Positions 42,570-55,749 of a stretch of 64,000 nt of DNA are shown here, in pieces (position 1 is the first letter of the stretch; the number at the start of each line of letters is the position of its first letter). Under the pieces are notes generated by a model. It was not told where the DNA came from, did no database searches, and saw only the letters and a program-made list of their open reading frames with translations. The stretch comes from Eledone cirrhosa (taxonomy: Eukaryota): the NCBI GenBank assembly GCA_964016885.1, contig OZ024743.1:250914001-250978000 (forward strand), written 5' to 3'. The position numbers and the translations under genes are program-made.

Positions 42570-43113
42570 AAATATTCATTAGTTAAGCAAAACAAGACCA
42601 CAAATTTCACAAGGAAGACATTATTAAAAGATTGTCAACATATTTTAGTTTGATGTAAGGAATGTAGAGAATAATAATAATAATATTAATAATAATTGTT
42701 TCTACTTTTGGCACCAGGCTAGCAATTGTCCCAGTGCATTACTGGTACTTTATTTTATCGACCCCGTAAGGATGAAAGGCAAAGTTAACCTCGGCGGGAT
42801 TTGAACTCAGATCATAAAGGGAGGTAACTCTATGCTGCAAAGCATGGCGTCCGACCCTCTACCGATACTGCCAATCCATCGCACATAATAATATTAATAA
42901 TAATAATGTCCGTTTACAATTGTTTCGCTACTCCATATAATATTTATGGATCAAATGGAGTAGCAAAACAATTGTAAACGGACATTATTATTATTAATAT
43001 TATTATTATTATTCTCTACATTCCTTACATCAAACTAAAATATGTTGACAATCTTTTAATAATGTCTTCCTTGTGAAATTTGTGGTCTTGTTTTGCTTAA
43101 CTAATGAATATTT
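42570..43113. repeat. Fold-back element interrupted by a SINE
   Basis: Left arm 42570-42696 plus 42905-42938 is the reverse complement of 42955-43113; contains the GAAAC-AATT-GTA half-hammerhead. Confidence 0.9.
42697..42884 (-). mobile_element. SINE family 1 with 20-bp TSD
   Basis: tRNA-derived head (TGGCAGTATCGG, GAGTTCAAATCC); TSD ATAATAATATTAATAATAAT at 42677-42696 and 42885-42904. Confidence 0.92.
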
Positions 43114-43752
43114 TTATGTCTGAGAAATGGGCAAGAAATTCAACCCCTGTTCTATATTGTATGCTTCAAAGATGTTTTACTGGTGTGGTTTCATATTGTA
43201 CAGAACATTACGATAACATAATTTTACATAAAACCTTTTGATAAGTTATACAACAAATATCAAAATTATTAAATATATTACAATTGCAGAAAATCTTTCT
43301 GAATTTTTCCTTATTAACTTATTCATATGTAATTTGTATCATTAGAAATAGGTTATTGAAAGGGTTAAACAACAAGACAGATTAATAACAAACTTCTTTA
43401 AACTGTTTTCAATAACTGATCACATCATAGTTGAAGACTGGGGCAAAAGCAGAGGGTGCAGAGCAGTGGAAAGAGAGTGGATCAATTAAGTTCATTAGAT
43501 CTAATTGCATCTGTAATTTAATCTATCCTAGAATTAATGTCATTAAATTATTACAGAGGTGCTTCCAATCCTACTGAACCTGTTAAATTATTAAAAGACA
43601 TATTAATTAAATTATTCCTAATCCATCATAATCCCTACTTAATCCATCAATTATCTTCAGAAAAATGTTAATTGATTCAACCATAATGGATAATGAAGGA
43701 ATATATAAAGTTTAACATTTTTTTTGTGACTTCAGTTTCTTTTTATTATATA

Positions 43753-44246
43753 CTAGCAGTGGTACCCAGCGTTGCACGGGATAAGGAATTTTGGAACGCG
43801 GGCCACCAACAGACCTAATCGTGGAAAAACTGCATGCCTGGACAATATGTAAAGAAAATAAACCGAATACTCTGATGGCTGGATAATTTTTAAGACTTTC
43901 CTCGATGAAGCAGGAAAAATGCAGGTTTTCACCTAATGCGGGCCCTAGGGAATCAAGAAAATGAATTTTTTTTATGTGCATAATATGCCTTGAAATTTTG
44001 GGAAAATCGACTAGACGTAAAGTCTCAAAAAAGACCTAAAAAGCTGAAAAAACGCAGTTTTTCACCTAATGCGGGCCCTAGGGGATCAAAAAGTTGAATT
44101 TTATGTGCATGCATAACACTCCCTGACACATAAGTAATATACATGTAAAGTTTGAAAAAAATCGGTTGGGTACTTCTTGAGTTTTAGGGATTCAAACTCA
44201 CAGACACACACACAGACAGACATCCTCAGTTTTATATATATATAGA
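43753..44246 (-). mobile_element. Non-autonomous Helitron (~494 bp)
   Basis: Minus strand begins A|TCTATATATA...GTCTGTCTGTG and ends with hairpin CCCGTGCAACGCTGGG...CTAG|T; no TSD. Confidence 0.85.
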
Positions 44247-44359
44247 TGATATCTTCTAAGGTTTTTAAATTGTGGGGTGGGGAGGGGTGTTGAGAGCAGT
44301 CATTTATGCTAGCCCAGCCATAATCATTTACTAGCTGTTACAAATTTTTCTCCACCTGG

Positions 44360-44630
44360 AACAATCTTGATCTGGACTGGAGTTATCTTCAGGTCCCACT
44401 AGATTGTCTTGGTCCCCTAGCAGTTCCGTCTTGGCAATCTTGAGCTAGTCTAGTTATCTTGAACGCTCTTGATGATCCTGAACCATCCTGGTGATCTTGA
44501 GCCAACTTGGTGATACTCAGCAAGCCAGCCTGGCAACCTTAAACCAGCCTTATGATCCTGAGCCAGCCTGGCTATCTTGAGCAAGCCTGGTGATCCTGAA
44601 CCAGTCTAGTGAGCTTGAGCAAGCCTGGGG
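44360..44630. repeat. Degenerate 19-bp minisatellite (GAGCCAGCCTGGTGATCYT)
   Basis: Recurring unit visible from 44440 to 44630. Confidence 0.7.
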
Positions 44631-45018
44631 ATGTCCTCTGGTCACAAAGCCAGTCACAATCACCTACCTGTCAGAAGATAGAATGAGAGATGACTAGAAA
44701 TACAAACAAGAGTAAGTATATAAGTTAATATTTATATATGTATGTTTATATATTTATATATATATTTATATATGTATATAGAAATGTGGTAAGGAACCAG
44801 ATGGACCATAAACAAACAAGTGTACTTGATACTTTGGGTAGTAGAGTGGGTAAGAGGAAAATGTTCAAGACCCCGACGGCAGAGCTCAAGCCGTTTCGGC
44901 GGCTATTTCTGGACTCAGTCCAGAAATAGCCATCAAAACGGCTTGAACTCTGCCGTCAGGGTCATGAACATTTTTCTTATATATATATATAGACTTATAT
45001 ATATCTATATATACCTAC

Positions 45019-45782
<764 letters not shown>

Positions 45783-46409
45783 GCATGATGGCTGCAAACT
45801 CTGCTAAGAGTATGGCAATTGCTTGGAGGATTATAGAGTTTGGTGCACTTTTAGGCTACGGTCAGTCACACAAACCTGTAACATATCCTGAACAAGCTAT
45901 GCCTGTGCATTGAATGTTTTTTAAGTAGGGAAAAGGCCTTGCACTCGACCAATCCCACTCCCTGAGCATCGAAAACACTACCCAAAAAGGAGAACTGATC
46001 AACATCATCGGATGCTTCTGAAGTCGGAGGTTTTTTTTTTAGAGTTTTCCTCTCCTATAAAGGTAATGTGACATATATATATATATATATATATATATCA
46101 CGATAAATTAACGGACCCATAGACTCTCGCCTGTCAATAATGAGCTCAAAGGAGAAGGAATCCTGAGCTCATTAAAATACAATATGTTGAAAAGGTAACA
46201 CACTAGAGAGAGATAGTGCACCATCAATAAAACAGGGAAAACCACCAGTGTACGGAATCTATAACCTATGAAAGGCAGGGTAGACACACGATAATTAATA
46301 ATATAAATTAAAGTGTATATACATACCTCTATAACTTACACACGCTGATGAACCATGGGCTATTTCATTTCTGTTAACAACTTATTGGCGAAACAGATCT
46401 CTTTGGATC

Positions 46410-46930
46410 TAGGAAGATCTAGGAAGACCAAGGATGAGGTGATAAAAGCTGATCTTACACAATTGCACCTCTCAAAGGCGATGGCACAGGATTGAGATCT
46501 TTGGTGTTATGCAGTAATACAGAAGACCCACCTCCTCATGCACACGGACTGAAGCATAATCTAGCATTCACCACTTAACCTCTATCCTTTTTCACGCCTT
46601 GCATACTACTCCCACGCCCTAATCACCCCACCCTTTCCCCACACCTTTACATGTCCTGCCCCAGTCTCAGCCTACACTGTAAAGTAATCAATATGGTGCC
46701 ACAATAAAAGGCACCCATTCTACACTGTAAAGTGGTTCTGTAGGTGTCACAACAAAAAGCACCCAGCATGCTGTAAATGTGGTTGGTGTTAGGAAGGGCA
46801 TCCACCCTTAGAAACCATGTAACAGTTCTGTATGAGTAACACATAGTCATATGATCTGTCTTGCCTCAAATGGGACAACACATCTAACCCATGCTAGTGT
46901 GGAAAATAGACATTAACCGATGATGATGAT
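46410..46930 (+). mobile_element. RTE-2 LINE 3' fragment (degenerate)
   Basis: GR-RKT...DLWCYAVIQKT; 3'UTR; (GAT)n. Confidence 0.8.
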
Positions 46931-47029
46931 ATATGTGTATATATCATTATGATTCTTTATTGTTTAACATGCATGCACACACACATATCTATATCTTTCT
47001 ATCTGTATATATAGATATGTATATATATA

Positions 47030-47720
47030 TGTAGAAGATGTACAGGAATAATTGAGAGGAAGATTGCCAATGATATAAATCTTTTCCAGTCACAGGAAAG
47101 ATCCATAGACACAGTTAATAGCTACTGCTATCTAGGTGATCTAATTAACAGTGGAGGATGGTGCACCAAGAGTATAATAGCTAGAATAAGTAGAGAATGG
47201 AAGAAGTTTAAAGAACTACTCCCACTGTTGACAACAAAATGTTTCTCCCTATGTACAAAAGGATGGCAGTAAGACACCTGTGTATCGTGTGTGATACTGC
47301 ATGATAGTGAAACATAGGCTGTGGCTGCTACGATAATGACTAGACTGGAGAGAAATAAAGCAACCATGCTTTGTTGGATGTGTAATGTAAATGTGAAACA
47401 AAGGCAGAGCTTAGATGAACTGAGGGAGAAACTGGGTTTAAAAAGAATCCAAGGTGGTGTGCAGGACAGAACACTGCGTTGGTATGGACATCTGATGAGT
47501 GGGGACAATGATTGGTGGGTGAAGAAAAGCCAGGAAATCCCAGTGGAAGGAAGCCACAGTAGGGGACAACCAAGAAAGACCTGAGCAGAGGTTGTGAGAG
47601 CTGACTGCAAATCCCTAAATCTGTCAGAGGAGATGATGAAGGAATGCAACAAGTGGAGAGATGTCATGCTGAGAAGGACCCATCCAACCCATGAATGGAA
47701 AAGTGGACATAAAACGATAT
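47030..47720 (+). mobile_element. RTE-1-like LINE 3' fragment (degenerate)
   Basis: YLGDLI...WKKFKELLPLLT...RLERNKATMLCWMCNV...LRWYGHL...RGQPRKT. Confidence 0.85.
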
Positions 47721-49391
47721 ATGTGTATACATGAGAAATACACTTATGTAGACACCAGACTTACACTTACATATACACATACTGGCAAAGAAAAATCTAT
47801 TTCTTTGTTTCTTCGTCTTATTCTTATTTAGAAATCATTTTTACTTTCCCATTCCAAAACTTCTCACCACCTCACATTTCCACTTCCTTCAACAATACTA
47901 CTTTTTCTTTGTTCTGTAAGATTCCTTCTTTCTCTTCATAGAAAATTCTTCCTTTTGACATCAGTCTCTCTTCAATTCCTGCAGAATTGGTAGAATATAA
48001 AGAAGGAGAGGAAGGAGAGGAAGGAGAGGAAAGAGAGGAAGGAGAGGAAAGAGAGGAAGGAAAACTATTCTATTGATTCTTGAAATGAAGGCAATAAAGA
48101 CAGAAAGAGAGAACCAAAAGATAGATAGAAAAAAAGAAAGAAAGAAAAAAGAAATGAAGACAGAAGAAAAAGAAATATGAAAAGAAAGAAAAGAAAAAAG
48201 ATGGAAAGAGAGAAGGAAGTAAAACAAAAGGAAAGAAAAAAGAAGGGAAAGTGGTAAGGAAAAGAAGAGAGAATGAGAGAAATGAAGAAGCATCATTTTA
48301 CTGGCTACTCCATTTCACAATAATTCTAAGGTGGAATTTCAAAATCAGCATGTTACTGTAAATTTTTTCTAAATCTGAGAGTGCACCATTGAAAAGCAGG
48401 TGAGCAGTGCCTTCCTTTGCTGCCCTTGCATGACCCTCCCTCACCATAGATGTCCATAGTGTTTAGTTAAGACTTTCACTGCCAAATGTCAAGCAGTTTG
48501 ATATCAAAAGAGTTGAAGTACCTCTCAGAGAAAATATCTTTAGTTCTATAGTGTATGTTCTTTTTTTGTATGATGCAATCACAGCTTCTGACATAAAAGG
48601 GACAAGAGCAAGGAAACTGTCTTATGTTTCCTTTGGTCTTTTCATTTCTGATATTATCTGTCAATCACAACAGATCCTGGCAGAAAAGAGGTAGGACAAA
48701 GGAAATTACGTTGGATTGAACCTAAGACCTTATGATTGCAAAGTGAGCTTCTTAAACATTCAGCTTTGATGTGTCTATTAAGAGAGATCAATATAACTGT
48801 TGATTGGTGTATCTATGTACGTACATGAGGAGATTCAATGTTAGTTGATTGTATTTAGCTATTCAGGTGTGTTTACTATGCTAACTGATTCTATTAAACC
48901 ATTCAGGTGTGTTTAGTGTGGTAATATGTATAGATTATATAACATTGACATAGCAGCATTATTGGGTGTGCCACACACTGACAGACGTCAACATCAACAT
49001 CAACATTATTAGTGATGGTTAATGGTTACTTATGACATGACACACTCACATGTAATAGGCTACGACAGCAATCAATTCCAAGTGGTTTACGATAAATATA
49101 TTTACACAAGGACAATTAAAATTGATCAAAAGGAAAAGCTAAACAAAGGTAATTATCTAGGTAACCATTAATAGTGTTATATACACGTGTCTGTATATAT
49201 GAGTATATACGTGTGTGTGTGTGTGTGTGCATGTGTGTGTGTGTGTGTGTGTGTACTGCGATGTGTTTGGACATGTCCAGGAGTATAGCTCATGTCAGGT
49301 AGAAGAGAAATAAAAGTCACTGTCAGCAGAATAGAGTGACCCACTTTTGATTCCCTCTTGCAATCGTCATCATAATTATGTATTGTTGTCA

Positions 49392-49580
49392 GGGCGGTGG
49401 ATTGGCAGTATCGGTAGAGGGTCGGACGCCATACTTTGATGCATAGAGTTACGGCCCTTGCCATTCTGAGTTCAAATCCCGCCGAGGTTAACTTTGCTTT
49501 CATCCTTACGGGGTCGATAAAATAAAGTACCAGTAATACACTGGGTTATTGCTGGCCTTGTGCCAAAAGTAGAAACAATT
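49392..49580 (+). mobile_element. SINE family 1
   Basis: Full-length match to 42697-42884. Confidence 0.9.
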
Positions 49581-49962
49581 AAGTATTGTTGTCACCACCA
49601 TCATTGTTATTGTCATCATCATGATTGTCATCATCATTATTGTCATCACCATCATTGTCATCATCATCATCATTGAATAAGGATATAGAAGAGAAAATTA
49701 AGGTGAACATTTATTACTCTCAGGGGATAATGTAAATAAATTAAATGATTTCAGATATATTTTCATCTTCATTATACACACACACACTCAGACACCTGTA
49801 TCTATATCATCACCATCGATATATATATATGTCAATATATATATATATGCATATTAACTGAAAGGTTATTTGTCTCTAATACTTAGACATCTCAATTAAT
49901 GGATAAAATATATATATAAAATATCACTCAGCAATTTTACATATTAAAGTGATGCCCAAAAC

Positions 49963-50250
49963 ACTCTATTTAGGGGAGTATAAGTCAGACAGACTAAAAT
50001 AAGAGAGTCTCACTCATATAGATGTCTCCATACCATGGTTTCAAAAATAGAAGAAACAGTAGCAGGCATTTCAAATCATTGGTACACAACCAATACTGCA
50101 AGAATTCTTTTTTTTGCAGTATTTGTTGCTCCAATTGCTTCAAATACCCGCTACTGTTACTTGTGTTTTTGAAACCATGGTAGGGAGACATTTATATGAG
50201 TGAGACTTTTTTTTATTTTAATCTGTCTGAACTATACTCACCTAAATAGA
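49963..50250. repeat. Old diverged fold-back (~135-bp arms)
   Basis: CTCTATTTAGG...TACTGCAA versus TTGCAGTA...CCTAAATAGAG; GAAAC-CATG-GTA half-hammerhead. Confidence 0.85.
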
Positions 50251-50285
50251 GTTATTTTTTTGCATAAGTTTAATACATATATATA

Positions 50286-50717
50286 GATGCATGGCTTGGT
50301 GGTTAGAGCATTGGGCTTGTAATCGAATTCAATTCTCGGACTGGGTGATGTGTTGTTTCCTTGAGCAAGACACTTTATTTCACATTGCTCCAGTTTACTC
50401 AGCTGTAGAAATGAGATGATAGGACTGGGGTCCCTATCATTCCACTGCAAAGTGGTCGTGGAGGTGCCACAGCAAAAAAGCACCCAGCCCACACTGTAAA
50501 GTGGACGTGTAGGCACCACGGAAAAAAAGAACCCACCACTCACTGTAAATGATGTTGGTGTTAGGAAGGGCATCCAGCTGTAGAAATCAAGCCAGAATCA
50601 GTTCCCGTATGAGCAAGACAAGGTCAGCTGACCGAACACTGCCCACAACAGGACAACCCGTCTCACCTATGCTAGCGTGGAAGAACGGACATAAAATGGT
50701 GATGATGATGATGATGA

Positions 50718-50721
<4 letters not shown>
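50286..50721 (+). mobile_element. SINE family 2 with RTE-2 tail
   Basis: Head matches 45401; tail matches the reverse complement of 3346-3570. Confidence 0.88.
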
Positions 50722-50751
<30 letters not shown>

Positions 50752-50846
50752 GGTGTGGGATGCTTAAAGCGTCCGTAAGCGATATGCCGTTTGAGCACTC
50801 GATGCTCTTACAGAACTGCGTATAATATGACAGAATCGTAGAATCG

Positions 50847-50943
50847 AGACATATCCGAGGACCTTGCGATTTCAGAGTCAGGTTTGATCATTGCATCGAT
50901 CGTGCCTCGAGCTGGTCGCCAGAGAAACGATTGTAATATGTCT
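50847..50943 (+). ncRNA. Hammerhead-like motif with variant core CCGAGGA
   Basis: 8-bp stem I AGACATAT/ATATGTCT; stem II base GCGATT/GGTCGC; GAAAC-GATT-GTA; lies in a TA-flanked ~240-bp island. Confidence 0.62.
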
Positions 50944-51239
50944 AATAAATCTTATTCGTCGCACCACTCATTCTCTGTTTCTTATGTGATATATATATAT
51001 ATATGCGTGTGTGTGTATATATATATATTATATATATATATGTATATAAATATATATATATATATATATATGCATATATATATTCTGTTTGAAACCACAA
51101 GGAATGTCCAGGTATTCCTAATGATTTCAAATGAGTGAAACAGTTCTAGTCCTGTTGAAGTCATATATATAGATATGAAATAAATAGTTAGATTCTCTAG
51201 TAATGCAGAGTACTCTATTTAACTGTTGTTCCCATTCTC

Positions 51240-52310
51240 AATTGATAATAATGGCGATGATAGTAATTATGATGATAACAACAATGACAACAATAACAAT
51301 GATGATGACAACAATGATAATGACACTGATGGTGGTGACGATAATGACAATGATGATGATTATGATGATGGCAATAACAATGACAAAAACAATGATGACG
51401 ATGATGACAACGATGATGATGATGACAATGATGATGATTATGATGACAATAACAACAATGACACAAACAATGATTATGATGATGACAACGATGATGATGA
51501 TGATCATTGTCTTGATGATCATTATGTAAATGATTATGATGATGATGATGATACTAATGTAAAGATAATTATTCATAATAATACCCAAAATATATTCATT
51601 TAAAGTTCTTTCATTCAATATATATAAACCTTAGCATATATTAACATTTTTAGTGTCCATTTCATGAAATTTTCATAAAATAACTAAAAAGAAAAATAAA
51701 AAATTTAGATTTACAGTTTATTAATTTGATTATCTCCCTTGGCCTCATCATATGTTTTTTCTGTTTTCATTCTATCATATAAAATTATTGAATACACCTA
51801 TTAATGCTAACATAAATTTTCATTGTGTATTCAAGGATAGTGATGGTGCTTGTGGTGGCAGCAGTGTTGGTGATGGTGATGCTGTTGTTGTTGGTGGTTG
51901 TGGTGATGGTGGGGTTGTGGTAGTGGTGATGGAGTAGTTGTTTGGAGTAGTGATGGTGATGGTGGTGATGGTGGTGATGGTGGTGATAATGATGAGGATG
52001 ATTGTGTAGGTGATAATGAGGATTGGTGGTGTTGGTGATGATAGTGGTAAATGTTGTGGTGGTGGGGATGATGATGATGGTGATGGTGGTGTTGGTGTGG
52101 TGGTGATGATGATGATGATGATGATGGCGATGGTGGTGTTGATGATGAAGATGTTGGTGTAGGTGTGGTGGTGGTGGTGGTGATGATGATAATGATGATG
52201 ATGGTGGTGATGGTGATGATGATGATAATGATGATGGTGGTGGTGGTGGTGTTGATGATGAGGATATTGGTTTGGTGGTGATGGTGGTGGAGATGATGAT
52301 TATTTTGTCA
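51240..52310. repeat. (GAT/AAC/GGT)n low-complexity tracts
   Basis: Trinucleotide mosaics at 51240-51560 and 51835-52310. Confidence 0.85.
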
Positions 52311-53284
52311 GTGGTTGGGGTGAGGAGGAATTGTAGGCAATATTTTCAGAGAAAATGAGGCAATCCCTTTCTTCACTTTAACAACCCACCTAAAGTGTTT
52401 GGTTAGCATCAATTAATTAAAGCAATCGCTTATCTCCTCTGTTTAATGATACATTCGATTTTTATAAATTTTTAATGAATGTTTTATGTCTTTATAACTA
52501 AAATTAAACCTTTTCAAAAATAAAAGAATTTTTTTCTATAAATTTTATATGCTAAAATAGCTTAAATTTTAATTTGCAAATCTCCTTTTTCTAAGTTTTC
52601 TTCAATAAATACATTTTTTTTCAAATGAAGGAATTCTGCATTATTAAGTTTGGAAGTTGTCAGAATAATTTCCACCATCAGTCAAGTAAATATTTAATCT
52701 TTTTCATACCAAAATGCCTGAAACTGCCCATGGTTCTATAATACAAAATGCGTTTATTTTAAAGTATTCCTTTCTATTTTAAAATCTTCTATCATAATTT
52801 TATGTCATTTACTGGTGCCAAAATAAAAGGCACCCAGCCCACTCTGTAAAATGGTAGTGCTGGTGCAATGAAAAAAAAACCCTAACTCATCCACCATATC
52901 AGATGGTAGTAGTGGTGACAGTCAAATGTATTAAGTTCGGACCATGAAAAGGTTAGTATTAGGGAGATCATCCAGCAATAGAAAACTTCATTCCTGACCC
53001 TTATTATTATTAGCACTCTGCTTCTTAAGTATACTGATAATGGTGAAGTACTAAATGTAGAATTCGTCATTGGTAAGCAGATCTACCTATTAACAGCTAG
53101 TGCTCAAACATACACTATATATATATATAATATCACATCTTTTATTACAAAAAATAGTCTAAGAATTTGGGCTTATATACTCAACTTAAACTATTTCCCA
53201 TAGATAAGACCTTAAAACTAATGAAATTCAAAACTTTCTATCATTCAATTCTAAAAATAGATTTATATATATATATATATATAT

Positions 53285-53722
53285 ATAAAATATTTAAAAA
53301 ATAATGAATAAAACAATGAAACAGTTCCTTATATTAAACAAAAAAAGTTCATTATTTAACGATCGTTTCTAGGATATATATGTGTTAGAATTGGCATGCA
53401 TATTCAACAGATCTATGTACAAAATTATACAAAATTATACAAACTATCAAAATTAAATATACATACCAACACATATATATGCCGTCTTCAGAAATTTCTG
53501 TTATTTCAGTTATTTCTGAAGACGGCATATATATGTGTTGGTATGTATATTTAATTTTGATAGTTTGTATAATTTTGTATAATTTTGTACATAGATCTGT
53601 TGAATATGCATGCCAATTCTAACACATATATATCCTAGAAACGATCGTTAAATAATGAACTTTTTTTGTTTAATATAAGGAACTGTTTCATTGTTTTATT
53701 CATTATTTTTTAAATATTTTAT
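53285..53722. repeat. Apparently perfect fold-back: ~210-bp arms, ~16-nt spacer
   Basis: 53285-53495 is the reverse complement of 53512-53722; element continues to about 53856, then (TA)n. Confidence 0.95.
53510..53655 (+). ncRNA. Type I hammerhead with very long stem II
   Basis: Stem I TTATTT/AAATAA; CTGAAGA; stem II TATATATGTGTTGG/CTAACACATATATA (~115-nt domain); GAAAC-GATC-GTT. Confidence 0.75.
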
Positions 53723-54334
53723 CTTGACTCTGTATTCCGTTTATCTTTCACCGAAAGTGATTTTTCATTGCATCTCTTCTTTCCATGATATCCGGATTAC
53801 ATTGAGTTCTTCATACGGATTGGACACTACCATAAACTCTTGGTAGATTTATCTACATATATATATATATATATATAAGTATGCCACTCAACCCTTGGTT
53901 TCAGGGAAAAACGAACATTAAATGATTAGGTTGATGATATACATATAACATATCCATATAAAAGCACACACATATGTATGTTTATGAGGATGTATACTTG
54001 TGAGTTATTTATTGCCATCATAAACACAATGTTTTGCTTCCTCTAAACATATATATATAATATTTTCCCCTATTTCGGTTCACAGCACCCCAGCCAACCA
54101 AACCAGACAACACAAACTACCATTTTGTCCTTGGTGTTTTATTATGAATTGTCACATCCTATGGTTTTTCTTATAAAATATGATTTTTGAAAACATTTAC
54201 TTTATGTATTAACAAAGACATATCCTTTTAGCTTTTATGTGATTAAGAAGGGGAGTGTGGAAAAAAAATTGTGTATTAAGTATAATACAATTTTGCAATT
54301 ATGTATAAATAAAACTAGAATATGCATATGTAAG

Positions 54335-55143
54335 TATATATCAAAGGTATATATTGAGTTAGAAACTCAAAATAGTCTCTTACAATTAAACAGCTCAAGG
54401 AAAGAGATTTTTCCGAGCCGTGTAATATAATTGAATATAAAAGAGAGATAAACACAGATATATATACATATATGTGTTCAAATCATAAGGGACCAGATTC
54501 TTTTAAATTGAGTCTGACAAACTCTATTGTTCATAGTTAGTAGTTTTTTCACCATAGCGAATCTGGTCCCTTATGGTTTGAACACATATATGTATATATC
54601 TGTGTTTATCTCTCTTTTATATTCAATTATATTACACGGTTCGGAAAAATCTCTTTCCTTGGGCTATTTAATTGTAAGAGACTATTTTGAGTTTCTAACT
54701 CAATATATACCTTTAATATATTTGGCTCCTTGAATTAGTTGAGCTAATTTAAATGTCGAGTAAACTTGGCTGCTATTTTTAGTAGTATACGTTTATGAGA
54801 CACGCTAGGTTCTGATGCCATGTGCATTATTTTATATACGCTCACTATTCAGTCTTCTGAGATACTTGAAGTGAAGGGTTTACTAATTTTACACCCACTG
54901 ATGAGCAAAATAATTGGTAATTCCCTTCACTAAAATTGCGAAACAGTATTACCAAAGTTGTCTGGGTGTCTGGCAGTTGCCCTAATATCGGTTTGTATTT
55001 CTTGATTTATTCTTTTAAATTGAGTCTGGCAAACCCTATTGTTCATAGATAGTACTTTTTTCACCCTAGCGATTCTGGTCCCTAACGATTTGAACACATA
55101 TATGTATATATCTGTGTTTATCTCTCTTTTATATTCAATTATA
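54335..55143 (+). mobile_element. Non-coding PLE-architecture element: ~512-bp monomer, partial tandem plus 5' inverted segment
   Basis: 54498-54632 is repeated at 55010-55143; 54335-54500 is inverted at 54559-54723. Confidence 0.85.
54891..54969 (+). ncRNA. Canonical type I hammerhead ribozyme (GUC site)
   Basis: Stem I ACACCCA/TGGGTGT; CTGATGA; stem II GCAA/TTGC; GAAACA...TGTC. Confidence 0.9.
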
Positions 55144-55679
55144 TGTAAGTATATAAAGGAACGGAATGTTGTTTCTCTTTGTTGAATATAAGTCACCAAT
55201 TTGGTTGAGGTATAAGTACCAATTTAGTGGAGAAGTATTTAGAAGTTGGTAAGGTTGCCACGAGTAACCAGGTTTGGTAGAAAGATATAATAGGAATACC
55301 GACAACGACTTTTAGCTTGGTTTTACATCATTTATTAACAGAGGTTGAGCTGGCATGCCAAGAGAAATAAAATAATTCAACTAAGATTACAAGAGAAAAT
55401 ACGGTCAACTGACTGAAGGCGTTTAGCCAGCCCCGTAGGAATGTTTTGTCGTTACATATTGTTTGCGCTGGCGGAGCAAAAGAACAAGCAGTGTTTACTT
55501 AGCATGGTCAAGCCTTGAAGTCATCTAGCCTGGAAGTGGTGGCGTCCTCAAATCTTTGCGGGCTATTTCTCCCTCAGAACGCGTAGGGATACATCCTCTT
55601 CTACTGGCGCTGATTGGCTGAGCTGAGCCAAATCACGCACAGAGAATGTATGTGAGCCCGCGGAATGTAGGTCACTACA
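55144..55679 (-). mobile_element. Solo LTR (536 bp), probably Gypsy-type
   Basis: TGTA...TACA termini; 4-bp TATA duplication on both sides; AATAAA on minus strand near 55331; no ORF. Confidence 0.65.
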
Positions 55680-55685
55680 TATATA

Positions 55686-55738
<53 letters not shown>

Positions 55739-55749
55739 ATATATATACA

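Noticed and set aside
46340-46410. Hammerhead CTGATGA...GAAACAGATC
   Set aside because: 3' strand of stem III and stem I are missing, apparently cut by the adjacent RTE fragment; not listed as a complete ribozyme
48380-48410. Possible splice donor CAG|GTGAGC
   Set aside because: No supportable upstream exon or recognisable protein
51203-51618. Asp/Asn- or Met/Thr-rich ORFs
   Set aside because: Trinucleotide low-complexity sequence open in several frames on both strands
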